DNA of 64,000 nucleotides from Isurus oxyrinchus (GCA_026770705.1 JANJGN010000041.1:1736001-1800000), one strand, 5' to 3'. Shown: positions 1 through 12,899, numbered from the stretch's first letter. The notes: a model not told the origin generated them from the letters alone. Program-made: numbers and translations.

Positions 1-574
1 CATTGGCTCCATGACACTTGAACATTTTTCAAAATGAAAGCTACCAAATGCAGTTTTTAAAATGATTCATTTGTTTTCTAAATTAACCTCAAAGCACCAT
101 GTTGTTAATCCTTGTCTCCTCGTACTACCCCTCTCCCTGTAGTCACTTTCTGATATATTGCATCATTCATATACCATGTTTCCAAATCCCGAGATCTGCT
201 CATCCCCTCCTTATCTCTGAAATCATCTCCTGCCCAATAATTAATTCAGGTATTAATGGTTCTCGAATTCACGCCTCATTTGCTTTGCTTGGCAGGAATG
301 CATTCTGCTGCTGGAGCCTCGAACTCCTGTATTCCGTCTGTTCGCCTCTCCACCTCTCTCTTCCCGTTTTAGATAATCCCTAAAATAAAATGTTCTCATT
401 TGAACTTGAGGTCGACTATTCCTAATATGTTTCGGGGAGGGTTTTGGTAATTTATCCCAATCTCAGGCTTCTGTGTGGCGCCTTGGGACATTTCTTCACT
501 CACCTGGAGGGACAAAGATATCACCTTGCTAATTGGGCAGTGCAGATGCCTCCGTTCATCTCAGTTTGACACGA

Positions 575-950
575 TTGGAGCACTCTGAGTATGGCTGGTC
601 CCATATCCCTCACTTCTAACACAGTCTGAGGACCGTGTGCAGTGTTGGTGTCTGTATCCCTCTGCTAGAGCAACCTTGGAGAACTGTCCGCAGTTCTGGT
701 CTCCATATCACTCGGTTAGACCACACTTGGAGCGCTGAGCAAAGTTCTGGTCACAATATCCCTCGGTTTGTTAACATTTGTAGCGCTGTGCACATTTCTG
801 GTCTCGATATCCCTCTGTTAGACCGCACTTGGAGCGTTGTGCACAGATCCGGTCTCCATATCCATTCGTTAGCCGAAGCATGGATCTCTGAGCACAGTTA
901 TGGTCTAATATGCGTTGGTTAGACCACACCTGGAGTATTGCGATGAAGTG
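575..950. repeat. 51-bp minisatellite, about 7 diverged units
   Basis: The motif ctggtctccatatc recurs near 594, 645, 696, 747, 798, 849 and 900 (51-bp period). ORF 635-922 shows the resulting 17-aa repeat (SGLHIPLLDHTWSAVHS-like). Confidence 0.85.
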
Positions 951-974
951 AAGCAATTGTGTGCAAAGTTATTT

Positions 975-3335
975 CCGCTCCCACGACCAAACCCCACAAC
1001 CACCAAACGCGCAGTGGAGTTAATCATGTTGTGCTTATTGCTGCTTCCGTTTTATTTCATCATATAACCTTCGGATTTCCAGATTTATATTGGCGCTCAT
1101 GAGATTTCAAGTTTCCAAATTCACAGACGTGAGTGAACATATGAACCATTGAACTGTGGGTCACAGGCATGATGGATTGCTTGCGTTTGTGAACAAAGAG
1201 TTTTGTGAATTAAAGATAGAGCAAGAGGTCATTTTGGTCCAGCAAACTGGCCTCACCAGATCAGGCTGCTTGTTGTTATTAGTTATCTTTCAAGACAGAG
1301 TGCTGAAGAACGGGACTTCTGAGCAAACACACCAAACAATGCAAATGGGATTTCTCAACATCAGCTTTGAAAACCAGCAAGCCTGAAAACAATTGTTTCT
1401 GAAAGCGAAATTCATAAAGGAAACTGGACATCAGCTTCTATTCACCCATTTCAAAGGGAAATGTACCTGACGTTTAAGGGGATAAACAAATTCCAACTTT
1501 CAAAAGAAGAACGCTAGTCGGAAACAGTTCAGGCGGCTCCTTGAAAAAAACATGTTTTTTTTGGAAGAAATAAATTGAACACTAAATTCAACATGGAGCA
1601 ACATTAAAAATCGGACACAGCTAAAAGGTTACTTCTGTCAAACCAAAATTATACCTGAAGAAAGAACAAACAGGGCAACACATGCTAATAACTGGAGTCA
1701 AGCGTTTGATTCCAATTTCAAAGATATTATCAAAAATTTTCCTTTTCAGCGCATTCGACCATGACTCAGTGCCAATGGCGCTCTAATTTGAAAACAAAAT
1801 GCAGAACAATCATCACAAAATCGGTCAAACCTTCTCTGTCAGGCTTCAAGGCCATGCTGCCACCAGTGTATTACTCAGGGGTGCAAAATAAACTGGAAGT
1901 TTTGACAGATCAAAAATGACTTGCGGTCGCCCAGGACACAGTTTGAAGAACATTACATGCTATCATCATGCCATTACAAGCCAACAAGCTATTACTAAAT
2001 GATATTCAGAGGTCTGTTAACTCCTGCCATCTTGTTATTGCATTGAGAATACTGCCTTTTCCGGTGCATTTTAAAACATAAGCATTAACCGAGCCCTCCA
2101 GTTTCTTGCCCTTCTTAATGTGAAAAACATCAAACTCCATCACTTTCAGCAGTTCAGCCTCTGCTTCAGTCTTTCCCTCCATCCCTGCCTCCACATTCTC
2201 TTGTTGTTCTGAAACGTGACCTTTCTGTTTCGAAGACTTGTGAGCTGACCTCGAGGTACACCTGCCACGTTCCCGGTCTCGATCTTATGACCTTGAGCGG
2301 CCATGTCACCTGGCTCCCCTCACTTTGCCCTACAATATTTCCCCAGGCCTCATGAAAGAGGTGAGGTATTCAGTATTGCAACTGTATGAGGATCCGAGGA
2401 AAGGATTGAGGGTAAGATCTAGAAGTAGGGTAAAAAGGCAAACATCACTTGTGAATTGGCAGAACCTACCTCCGGTGTCGTTCAATGTAACACATCAATT
2501 TCGTGTCCATGTACGTTCTAATGAATGTAAAGAGTAGATTAAGGGAATGACGTTAGATTGTTCTCTTTGATATAAGTTTCTCTTTGCCTACAAGCTTTTT
2601 ATGAGAATTGAAATTGATCATTTGGCCGCCGGTTGAGACATTGGGACCGTAGAGGAGTAGAAAAACAAAGAGCTTGAGATAACTACCCCCCTTTTATCGT
2701 TTTGGAAGTTACCTGGAAAAAAACAGAATGAATTATTGATTGGCGCATCCTTTTAAACATATGAAATCCCAGATTGAAGTTGATTGGCAGAATCCTGTAT
2801 CCCCAGATTCAGATCTCCAGCCTCCAGTAAGACGGATATTTTGGAAACGAATTTAAATTATAAGTCCCCTGATTCAGATCTCCAGCCGACAGTAACAATT
2901 ATGTTTTGGAGATGAATTTAAAACCTGTGCACAATGATTCAGATCTCCAGTCTGCAGGAACAGGGACTTGTTGGAGGAGGTTTTGAATCTTGTCTCCTCT
3001 TTTCCAGATCTCTATCCTGGGGTACGTGGGAAGTTGTGGAGTTGAAAATGAGTACTGTAGCCGCTGATCCAGATTTCGAGTCTGGAGTCAACAGCCATGG
3101 TTAGAGATGGACTTCAATCCTGTATACATGGGTCCAGGTATGCTTTCAGAGGTTCATGGGATGTTCTGGAGAAGGTTTTAAATCCTCTATGCATTGGTCC
3201 AGATCTGCAGTCTGCAGTAACTGGCATGTTGCTGAGGTGAATGAGAATCATGCACCCACTGATCCAGATCTTCAGTCTGCAGCTACTACGATGGTATGCA
3301 GTTGTAGCTGAAACCGATATCCACTGACTCACTTT
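975..3335. repeat. Copy 1 of a ~2.4 kb interspersed duplicated unit (decayed coding-like region plus 65-bp array)
   Basis: Colinear, same-orientation similarity to 27125-29510, e.g. ORFs MGHRHDGLLAFVNKE vs MGHRHDELLAFFNKD and MEAGMEGKTEAEAELLKVMEFDV vs MEAGTEGGTEAKAEILKVMEFDV. Confidence 0.9.
2790..3335. repeat. 65-bp tandem array (8 or more units)
   Basis: The core cagatctccag (or variants) starts at 2810, 2875, 2940, 3005, 3070, 3135, 3200 and 3265, an exact 65-bp period. Confidence 0.9.
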
Positions 3336-4617
3336 TCAAGATTCTCCGTCAGGAACTTGGTGTCCATACGTTGATGGTTTTCTGATTTAATCAACAAGAA
3401 TGGACAAGCTTAGATTTCTGTCTGTACTGCATTATAAACTCCCTTAAAGCCCTCCCACAAATAATTCAGAATTAAAGTATTATGAGGGACCAAGAGACAG
3501 TGAATATTAAGAACATCTTCCCATGGGCAGGGAGGGCAATGTCCAGGTTAAATATAATCAGTGAAACAGTTGGAAAAGTTATACTGAAATTGAGTCCTTT
3601 TTTCACCCAGAGGCTGGTGGGTGTTTGGCTCTCGCTGTCCCAAAAGGGAATAGAGTGAAAGACACTCTCACATTTAATTCAAAATAACTCGGGTATGAAG
3701 TTTAAATGCAGTTACTGCCAATAGCAGAACGGGTAAAACGTTTTGTGACTAAATTTAATCCGTGTAAATCATTGAACGTTTACAAGAGACAGGGAGTCCA
3801 TTCAGCTCTTCACACCTGTATTAACTGCCTGCAAATGTTATTCATCTGGTCCCCGTGCTCCGCCCTTCCCTGTAGACAGGTACATATACCTCTTTCAAGC
3901 TCAATACCAATTGCCTCTTGAAAACCATGATCAAAATTCCCTCAATCACATCCGAGACCATTCCCGCAGGCTGTATTAACTCCCCCATCCTCACTCTCTT
4001 CCCGCTTTTTATAAACCATTTCCTGACTACTTAGAATATAAATCTGTTTTCCAGGCCCTTGGCTTTAAAGCTTCCGTTTCTGCCGGGGGTTTCTTAATCT
4101 AAGTCCACTTCATGCATTTATAAAAACAGACGCTTGCCCAGGGGTAAAATAATTTGCGACATCACCCCGGTGTTATTAACCACCGTTTGTCACCGTTTTT
4201 GTTATGATTTTTACCGCCAGCCTACCACTAGGCTATATTAGCCAACGCCCCCTCCCAGATTAAATCACCATTGAACCTAACCCCAGACCACCCTGTTGCT
4301 TATCAGACCCTCACTGGAGATTAAGGATCCAGCCCCCGCTTCGCAGAGCTTTCAAACAGTTTGCTCTCTATCAGGGTTCACAACGTTGCCCCCTCTCTCA
4401 CAGTTTTTATTAATGAGAACAATCCCGTCGTTGAATACTAATATCAGCCCCTAACCAGCATTCATGGATTAGCCACCCTTACCTGCTGCTCTTCGTATGC
4501 CGCTTGCACCCAGCGCATTTTATTAAAACGCTCCCATAAACTGAGTCTATTGATCCAAATGTTCTTCTTATGGTTGAAACAAGGGTCTAGCCCAAAGGGG
4601 TGTGTAAGTTGCTGCTC

Positions 4618-4647
4618 TTCTTCCTTTCTTTTTTTCTATTTTTCTTT

Positions 4648-4699
<52 letters not shown>

Positions 4700-4745
4700 T
4701 TTATTTTTTCATTTCTTGCTTTCTTTCTCAGCAGTTTTCTCTCTA
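4618..4745. repeat. (TTTC)n microsatellite
   Basis: Direct run of ttctttctttctttc; it produces the spurious F/S/L-rich ORFs 4550-4954 and 4600-4824. Confidence 0.95.
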
Positions 4746-5397
4746 CGTTTCATATGGGGTCTTCACCTCCTGTACCCTCCTCCCGGTGTGTAATTATCCA
4801 CCCCCTCGTCCTCAGTTTCATTAACCCCAACCACCCCCTCCCCACACTCAAATCACCCAGCACACCGCCCCACACCCAATCGACCACCACGACCTCATTG
4901 GTGCCATGGATGAAAAGGCCCAGCTTGCTGGCAGGTCTTAGTAAGAGTTTCTGATGGCCCGGGTGTATTTAGAGACTCATTGACCAACAGCTCCTGCACA
5001 TGTGTTTTTTGAAAATCCTTCCTCAGCTCAATTTACAGGTCAATTGCCATCTCATTCCCCAAGGCTTAGTGAACCGTTGGTGGCACCTGTGCTACAAACC
5101 ATCCCTTTCCTTGAGCATTTGCAAACCAATACACTGGGCCCTTTTTGCAATATACTCAAAGCTCCACCAAGATTACTAACTCTCTCCCTACCAAGGCATG
5201 TCAAACCTGTCCCTCTTCAACTGTTATGATCTTGCTAAGTAATTTATAATTCTCTTCCTTAGAGCGATAGTGGTGAAATTATTCCGAGACGGTCCAAATA
5301 CTTTCAAATTCTTGTAAAAGTGCTGTGTCCAGTACTGAAAACAATATCTCTTTGATGGCTTGATGTTCTGTATTTTGGAAATCTAGTTAAACCATAT

Positions 5398-8300
5398 TGT
5401 GACGAATGTATAATATTTCTTGTGATATTATTCTGTAATTAGGTTAATATTGGGTTTCAGAAAGTTTCAGTGCATGTGTGTGTGTGACTTAATTTAAATG
5501 CAGACATAATTAAATTGATAATTTTCGGGGCCTTCATCAATAAAATAAGGAAGTTCTGAAATGCAAAATATGTAAACATGGCTGCAGATTTGGAATGTGA
5601 GATGAGTAAAGTATGCATTTTAGGTAAATTTGGGTAGTTTGAGTTTCAAAGAGGATGTAACACCTAGCCTGTGAAGCCTAGCAAAGCGGTGTGTTTATAT
5701 TGGATTCAAAAAGGTTAACAATAACATTAGCACCATGTAATGATTTTTTGTAGGGAAAAAAGTAATGTTCGATAGCCATATTGGGAAAATGAAATTTTCA
5801 ATAAAAGGGAAAAAACATGTTACATGGATGTAGAAGTTCTTTATTAGAGGAGACATAGCAAAATCTAACATAAATGGGAAAAATCCTCCATCGTTTCAGC
5901 ATTAAGCCTCTGTCCACAGAAATCAAAGCTGTGAAAAACGCCACTTTGAATTCTTCTATCCAGGGTGTTGTGTTGACTAGCCTGGATGTGATTCAGGCTT
6001 TACTGTTACTGTAATGAGGGTATAAATGGAAATCACGTTAATTAGGCTTTCTGGGCTTTATTATTGTATTAATTTGTACACCTATGAATTTACTTTAAAT
6101 CTTAATTGTTGTTATTAAATGTTTAATTTAATTTTCCGAAATCTTGCTGGTCTTCTTACCCCTCAATTCAGGGCATGCATCTCGAAACAAATACATAATG
6201 CAAAACCGTTGTGACTGCTTTACCAGATATTTTTTTTTGTAGGATTCTTCCAACTAGCACACATCACCTGCCGCATCATAAAAATTGTTGGTCGTTGCAA
6301 TAGGTTTGAAAATACTTGTGTGGCTTGGAGTAGCTGAACTTTAACGTTGCAAATACGAGAAGCACTTTGAATTAAGGATTTGGTGTGAAATGTTGTTTTT
6401 TAAAAAGTCGGGAGACTGCAAGATGCCCGTATCAATGGGTAAATCTTTGTTGGAAATAGCAGGAATAACTCTGATTTGTTTACCAGAATAAAAGCTAATG
6501 TAAACAACAGGTCTGTTGGTTAAGTTGCTTTTGAGGTTAAATGTGAGAGCAAAGAATACAGACATAGTTGAAGTGATAGCGCAGCATTTTAAGTTGGAAG
6601 TGAAAACTGAAAGTAATGAGTCAACTCTGGTGGTAGCGAAACTCCAGTTGGAATTGAGGAGGCAGAAATTTCAATGAGCAAAGGAACTGGAAAACCTTGA
6701 ACTGGATGCAAAAGAAAAACGAAAGAGAGATTGTTTCAAAAATATATTGGAAATGTGAAAACTCCAGAGGAAAACATTAACAATTCACGAGAGAGTCAAG
6801 GAAAGTGACAGAGAGTTCTGACTTTAATACGTTAGAGTTTACAAAAAGAGACATATGATGCTGATAAATGTTGTGATAATGAAAAACATATAACCCGTTG
6901 GTAAGATATCTAAACTTGTGCAAGCTTTTCCAAAAATTGAAGAAAGAGTTGTGAAGTCGCACTCTGTTACATTTGAGAAGATAATACAGAGATGAAAAGG
7001 CCAGAAGTAAACTTGACATTGTAGTTACGGTATACATAATTGGGTAGAGCTCATTTCGGTTATGCTTCACTGTCAGCAGGAAGGTCAGTGGACTTGGACG
7101 TGATAAAATACATATTTTGAGTGCATATGAGTTGGATCTTGAGGCAGACATGAGGAAATTTAGGAGTATAAGAAAGTAGCCTGGGAACATGTAACCTGAG
7201 TTTAGGAGAGTGTAACACAGTAATTTCGACTGATAAATCCAGGAATTAAATACAGAGACAACATATGCTGCTTTAGAGAATCAATTATTTTAGATTAACT
7301 AAAGTATTCGTGACCTTCAGAAGTGAGATCTCATGTTGATGGACAGAGGGTTACAACAGTAAGACATGCCGCAGAAATAGATGATCATTAAATGTTATCT
7401 CGTACACCTAATCATTTTTGGCACACTTTTAAATAAGGGAGGCAGAGAAAATAGGAAGCTAAAGGACTGTGTGCAATCAGGGGAGGGAGGGAGTAGTTGC
7501 AAATTCCATGGCATTCAGTGTTTTTGACCTGATATTTGGTTTCATAAAGATGTTTTTATTTTCTGCCAGGCATGACATACATGCCAATAGTGGCGAAACC
7601 ACAATCAGCAATTAAAGCGCACCCTTTATTCATTCCAATACCAGCTTGTAGAGAACCATTTAGCACTGCCTTAATAGATTGTTTTGGACCCTCAGCTGAA
7701 GCAGAAGTGGGAAACAGTGTCTTTCAAAAATTATGGTAGCTCTAACAACATTTCCAGCGGCAGTGCATTTCGGGAAGATCATAGTGAAAATTGCAGGGGA
7801 AAAGCCATTTCACTTCTTCGCAATATGTTGGTTACCTCTGGAAAAGCAATTAGATCAAGGCTCAAATTTTATGTCACAAATATTCAAATAAAAGAAATGG
7901 AAAGTTTGGGAACGGAGAAAAAAATCAGCCTTTAGCATAATACTCACAATCATAAGGAACTTTAGCAAGTTGAAATCTAATGTTAAAGAGCACGATTAAA
8001 GTTTATTGAAAATGATGTTCCATTTTTGGGATAAAGTCCCTCCATTTGCATTTCTAAGGGATGCCCACGGGGAGTCCATGGCATTCAGTGTTTTTGACCT
8101 GATATTTGAGGTAGTGGCGGGAGACGCAGTGAAATTAATTAAAGAAAAAGTTATCAATCAAGGTTCCGAGAATTCACATTAGAACAAAATGTCAGATCGC
8201 TGGGAAAGACTAAGCAAGGCCTGCGGCTCGTCCAAAAAACATATAAAAATAAAAATGCTCCGCAACACTGAAGGCAAGAGCAGATATCTCTTCTAAAGAT

Positions 8301-11230
8301 CAAAGTTTTCTTGCTGGAGGAAATATGTGATTGTGGTGACTTTTCGCTAGTAACAAGAGAAAAGCAAGGTTCACGGGCCTTCGCTAAATCAAAAAGAAAC
8401 TCAATTCTGTGAATAATATAGTGAACAGTCTAAGCAGCTGGAAATTCAACTGAATGTTTCCCGTTAATATGTTAATTCCATATAATGGCTGGGAAGGTAT
8501 ACAGGAGAGGAACTTTTTTGCATTAGTGAAAGGAGAAAGTGGAGAACTTAATATCTCAAACATTTGAAGAATGAAACATAAATGGGATATTGTAAACTCG
8601 ACCCTCCAGTAGTTAAATTGAACAGTTCTGAGGCGGTTAAAATTTAGATGAGAGCATAAGAAATAACAACAGGGGTAGAACATTCGGTCCCTTGAACCTG
8701 CTCCGCCATTCAATAAGATAATATTTGATCTTCCAGTGTTTAGATTTCCATATAGCAATGTAACCCGGATAACCCTTGATTCCCCTGCGATGTTACACTA
8801 AATTCCAGAAAATAATTTCGAGATGCCTTATGAAAGTTATTACAAACTCATGAAAGTCAATGTACAGATCGACCAAGGAAAACGGCTTTGGCTTTATATG
8901 TTGCAATGTTGGGGATGTCACCAATAAAGCAACATCTACTCATTCTCAATCCATGGACGTTAATCCAAGCGAAGGAAGCAATAAAGTTTATGTTCGAGGA
9001 TGACATTATTAAACCGAGTAACAACATATGGAGCTCATCTCCTGTAAAGGCACCTAAACTAGATGGGTCACAATGATTGTATATAGTTTATGGCAACGTT
9101 AATGCATTCACATATGCAGATCCATATCTTATTCCACGATTGGAAAACTGTATTGAAAAGATTGGGCAAGCAAGTTTCCTGTTAGAAAAATGATTTATTG
9201 TAGGGGTATTAAAAGTCCCGTTAACTGAAGAGGCCAAAGTAACATCAGATTTTGGAACCACGAATGGGCTTTTTCAATTTAATGTCATGCCTTTCGGAAA
9301 GAAGAACACAACAGTAACATTTCAATGATTAAGCAAAACGTTATTGAAGGATTATTTAATTGTCGTACATATGTAGTGAGACTTTCGTTGCTTTCAGCTG
9401 AGCTAGGGGGGAAGTTTACAACTATACAATGATGTGTTTGGTCATTTAGAAAGATACAATTTAGTCTTAAACTTTGCATAAAGTGAATTTTCCAAAATGA
9501 AGTTGATTGATTTGCGCCAAACTATGGAGAAAAGGCAAAGTGATCTCCAGAAAAGCAAAAAATGAGGGTCATCTAGTATTGAAAGTGCTTAAGAATACTG
9601 GAGAGATGTTATGGTCTATTAGCATACGTGGATTTTTTCGGAAGTTTGTCCTGAATTTCAGCAGGGCAGTGTTTCCCCTGACAACTCAGTAAAGAAAAGC
9701 AAAAATATTTGAATGGAAAAAGGATTGTCTAAGTGCCTTTAGCAGCCGGAATGGTGTACTCACCACTCCCACGTTTTTCACAGCATCAAAATATGTGAAG
9801 CCATTTAAGCTGGCTTTTGATGCTAGTGAATGTTGGATCAGTTTTATCACAGGGCAACGAGACGGGAATTGAACGGCCAGTCTGTTACGTTACTGGCAAT
9901 ATATTTTTTTTTTTCCCCCAGGGAAAATACTCAGAAGTGAGAAAGATAACCTAAATATAGTGCTGGCTGCAGAACATGTTGAAGTTCACTCATCCTAAAA
10001 TTCTGCAGAAATTATTATATTCTAACGACCAGAATCCATTATCCTTCCTAGAAATGTTTCAGAACAAGAATGTGATACTATGTTTTTTAAGTTTAATGCT
10101 ATTCCCTTAAAAGTTAAAACTCAGCCATGTCGCTGGAAGTTACTTTATCTAGAGCAAATATGGAGGACGAACAAAACCATAATTAAAATGGGCCTGCGTA
10201 GATTATGTTTCTTATGGAAAATACTAGCATATTTGCTGTAAGAACATAGTTAAAGCCGTAAGACAAGATAAATGTAGTGAAGAGACGAGATGCTAACAGG
10301 AAATGAAAATGCCTCTTAAAGCTACCTTTTCAATTCTTATCTTGTTACGGGGTAAGTGATGGGAATTAGATGTAATTTTAGACAAGCTACAAATGTATTT
10401 ATAATGTGAAGCCTGGGTTTGGTTTCAGTTTGGACTTTTGCAACATTCAGCGGGCCAGCCTGGGGCACTGCTTGGATGTTTACATTTTAATGAATGCTTT
10501 ACTAATCTTCAAATTAAGAGATTGGCTTCGATAGGATTTGGTGATTTAGGCAAATTGAAACTAAAACAAGAAGTAGGAAATAAAACTGCGTTGTTGACTC
10601 ACAACTGGTGATCCCGGGGATGTGCAGAGATCCATAAAGACAAGGAGCCTATCACCTTGTAGTTTCAGTTGGTGTTAGAGTGCCAACGAGTCAAGACCCG
10701 ACGAAAAGGCCTCAGTCTCTTTCCAACTGGGCATGATGCCAGATTCTTGAGGAACTCGTGGATAACCCTCTAAGGGTAAGGTATAGGTGAATTTGAGCGT
10801 TCTGGATATCTCAAGAGAGATACCAATTGTGCAATTGCTTCTAGTGAATGGTCGGAAGACTACTGGAAAACCAAATTCTTTACCACTGAACAAGCGTTAT
10901 TCTTGGTCCAGAACTAATCGTGCCTTATCACTGGGGTCCTGGGTTAATAAGGGCATTAGTAGGATGAAAGGGGCAGTGTGAGTTTCTGTCACTTATTTCG
11001 TGTTCTCTGTAATGAAAACTTACCAAGTGTTTGGTTGCCTGGTGTAATATGATCATGATTAATTAAACTTTTTTTGCGACTCATGCAAAGTCAAATAAGA
11101 CTCCTGTGAACCTTCTTCACTAAGGAACCCACGGTTTCAAAATAAATGATTTCTTAAAATAGGCCATCAATCCAGGTTGCATTCTGCTGTGTAACTCTGT
11201 TTTTATAAACAGCGTGGAAAACTTATAACC
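5398..11230 (+). mobile_element. Decayed Ty3/gypsy LTR retrotransposon, Gmr1-like (gag - integrase - RT - RNase H order)
   Basis: Gag-like text from ~6435 (ISKLVQAFPKIEE; ILSAYELDLEADMRKFR, resembling the SCAN-like ILxAYELVPEAYRQKFR). Integrase ~7540-8350 (FC..xHTCQ, PIPA..EPFS...IDCFGP, ESMAFSVFDLIF). RT ~8900-9700 (IIKPSNNIWSSSPVKAPKLDGS, YLIPRLENCIEKIGQAS, FNVMPFG). RNase H ~9780-10150 (KPFKLAFDAS, ERPVCY). Putative LTRs 5398-~6282 and ~10357-11230. Many stops and frameshifts. Confidence 0.85.
8652..8790 (-). mobile_element. CR1-type LINE/SINE 3' tail inserted into the gypsy element
   Basis: cataagaaata...cattcggtcccttgaacctgctccgccattcaataagat matches the reverse complement of the CR1 3' end seen repeatedly in this window. 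It interrupts the pol region between integrase and RT. Confidence 0.7.
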
Positions 11231-11616
11231 CTCCAGTCCTCGGATATCACTCCAAGGTGCACTTACATGTCATGGTCAGTCAAACCTCTACTCGCAGCCT
11301 TCCATCCATTAGCGACCCACATACATCCGATAGAGGGCAGGTAATGTTCTATTCTGTTGTGATTAAAAAAATGTTGGATAGCAAGATGTTAACTGAACCG
11401 CTTTGTTCAGTCCCTGTAATTAACTTCAATCTCCCTGGATCCTAATTGTGTCACAGGAGGGTTCCACTCTGCTATTTATATGGGGCTCATTTCAATGTGC
11501 CTTCCCCTAATGTCAGGGGGACAGTCGCATTCAGCACTCACAAGGATCAACGACTCCATAGAGAGGGGGAGAGAAAATATCAGAACCTGAGAATAATAGA
11601 TTGGAACGTCACAACA

Positions 11617-11791
11617 ATGAATCAGAATCTTAGAACAAAGTCTTGGAATGTTACAAAAATGGACAAGAGTTTATCCTCGGGGCTTTATTACCTTTCTCCA
11701 GATCGGATATCATTAGCTGATAGGATCCTGGGTGTAATTTCGTTAATCCAAGTGGGTTACTTTCCCATCCTGGCTCTTTTCGGTGTCACCG
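11617..11791 (+). CDS. GPR139/GPR142-like class A GPCR 1, coding exon 1 (N-terminus and first half of TM1)
   Basis: MNQNLRTKSWNVTKMDKSLSSGLYYLSPDRISLADRILGVISLIQVGYFPILALFGVT-G, followed by donor gtaaga at 11792. The phase-1 G joins TG at 14881 to give Val-Asn (conserved TM1 Asn). An alternative start is the downstream in-frame ATG (MDKSL). Confidence 0.85.
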
Positions 11792-12899
11792 GTAAGAACC
11801 TATATGCAACAATCTGTTATTTGAACCAGATTGACTGCATTGCCTTTACTGTCTTTTACATTTCAGGAAGATGGAAGTCATTTGCTACTGTTCCCATTTT
11901 AATGACCGTTCCCTATCCAGTCGCTCCACCCGCCTACCACGCCACTATCTAAGTCTGATCCATAGTGTCGTCGACCCCGAGGCCCCATTTGGCCCTGAGC
12001 TGATTTCTGAGTCCATACCCTTTCCATCCATAAGCCTGTCTTCGACCAGATCTGAAGCCTCACCCACGATCCTCACAGCAGTAGCACATCACCGGAATGC
12101 TCCCTCAGCTGTGCATTTGTCAAAGCCAGACTCGACTTTTAAAATGTTAATCTGGCCATACAATTGCAGTTATAAACCTTCTTGAAACATACCATGTACA
12201 AAACTCTGCTTTCTGTAAACTAACCCATGCCAAATCTCATTCCACCATCATCCCTGCGCTCACGGGCCAACATTGCTTCCAGGTCTTTCAGCTAGTCAAT
12301 TTCAAAATTCCAATCCTGTCACCTGATTACTCTTTAATCTCATTTCTCCAATCACTCCCATGCCCAGACACTCAGACATGGTGCCCCTTGTTGTGCAGGG
12401 GTTTTCAGCATGTTTGACACTTGCCTTTTAAACACTGTCTGTACCTGCCCACCGAAAGCCTGTGTTAATCACTCTCAGCTAAATGTTTGTTAAACAACAC
12501 GAGGCACCCTCTCCAATTTAATTGAAACGGGCCGGACATCTAACTGTCAGCTGAAGGGCTTTTGACTGACTTCTGTTATTGCAGGGTCCATTGAGGTGCT
12601 GTAGATGGTTTTCATGGTGCTGTGCTGTGAGGGGCTGCATACATTGAGAGAGGAAAGAGAATTTATAGGCCATACCTTGGAAGAGTTTTTGGGCCTGTAA
12701 TTACAGTGCATCTGGACCTCTACCATGACTAGCGAAAGAAGTGGAGTGAAGAGGGAGCGGAACGCCTGTTAACATTTGGGTGTCGGGGGGTGGGGGTTGC
12801 TTTGGGGGGCGGGTGAGGGGGGTTGCACTGCCCTAAGCACCGCGGGATTTTCAGGGACACTTTAGAAACCTATACTTAAAACATGGGCAGAGACAGATA

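Noticed and set aside
3114-3332. 65-bp array as a protein repeat
   Set aside because: The period is not divisible by 3, so the frame shifts with every unit.
2790-3335. CRISPR-like look of the 65-bp array (conserved core plus variable part)
   Set aside because: The variable parts are homologous to each other, the cores are degenerate, the context is eukaryotic and there are no cas genes.
4550-4954. Hydrophobic ORFs over simple repeats (also 16578-17163, 26558-26792, 42137-42581, 47521-48022)
   Set aside because: Translations of microsatellite or low-complexity DNA.
11446-11952. 168-aa ORF as a standalone gene
   Set aside because: It starts at TTG and reads through the splice donor at 11792; only 11617-11791 is exon.
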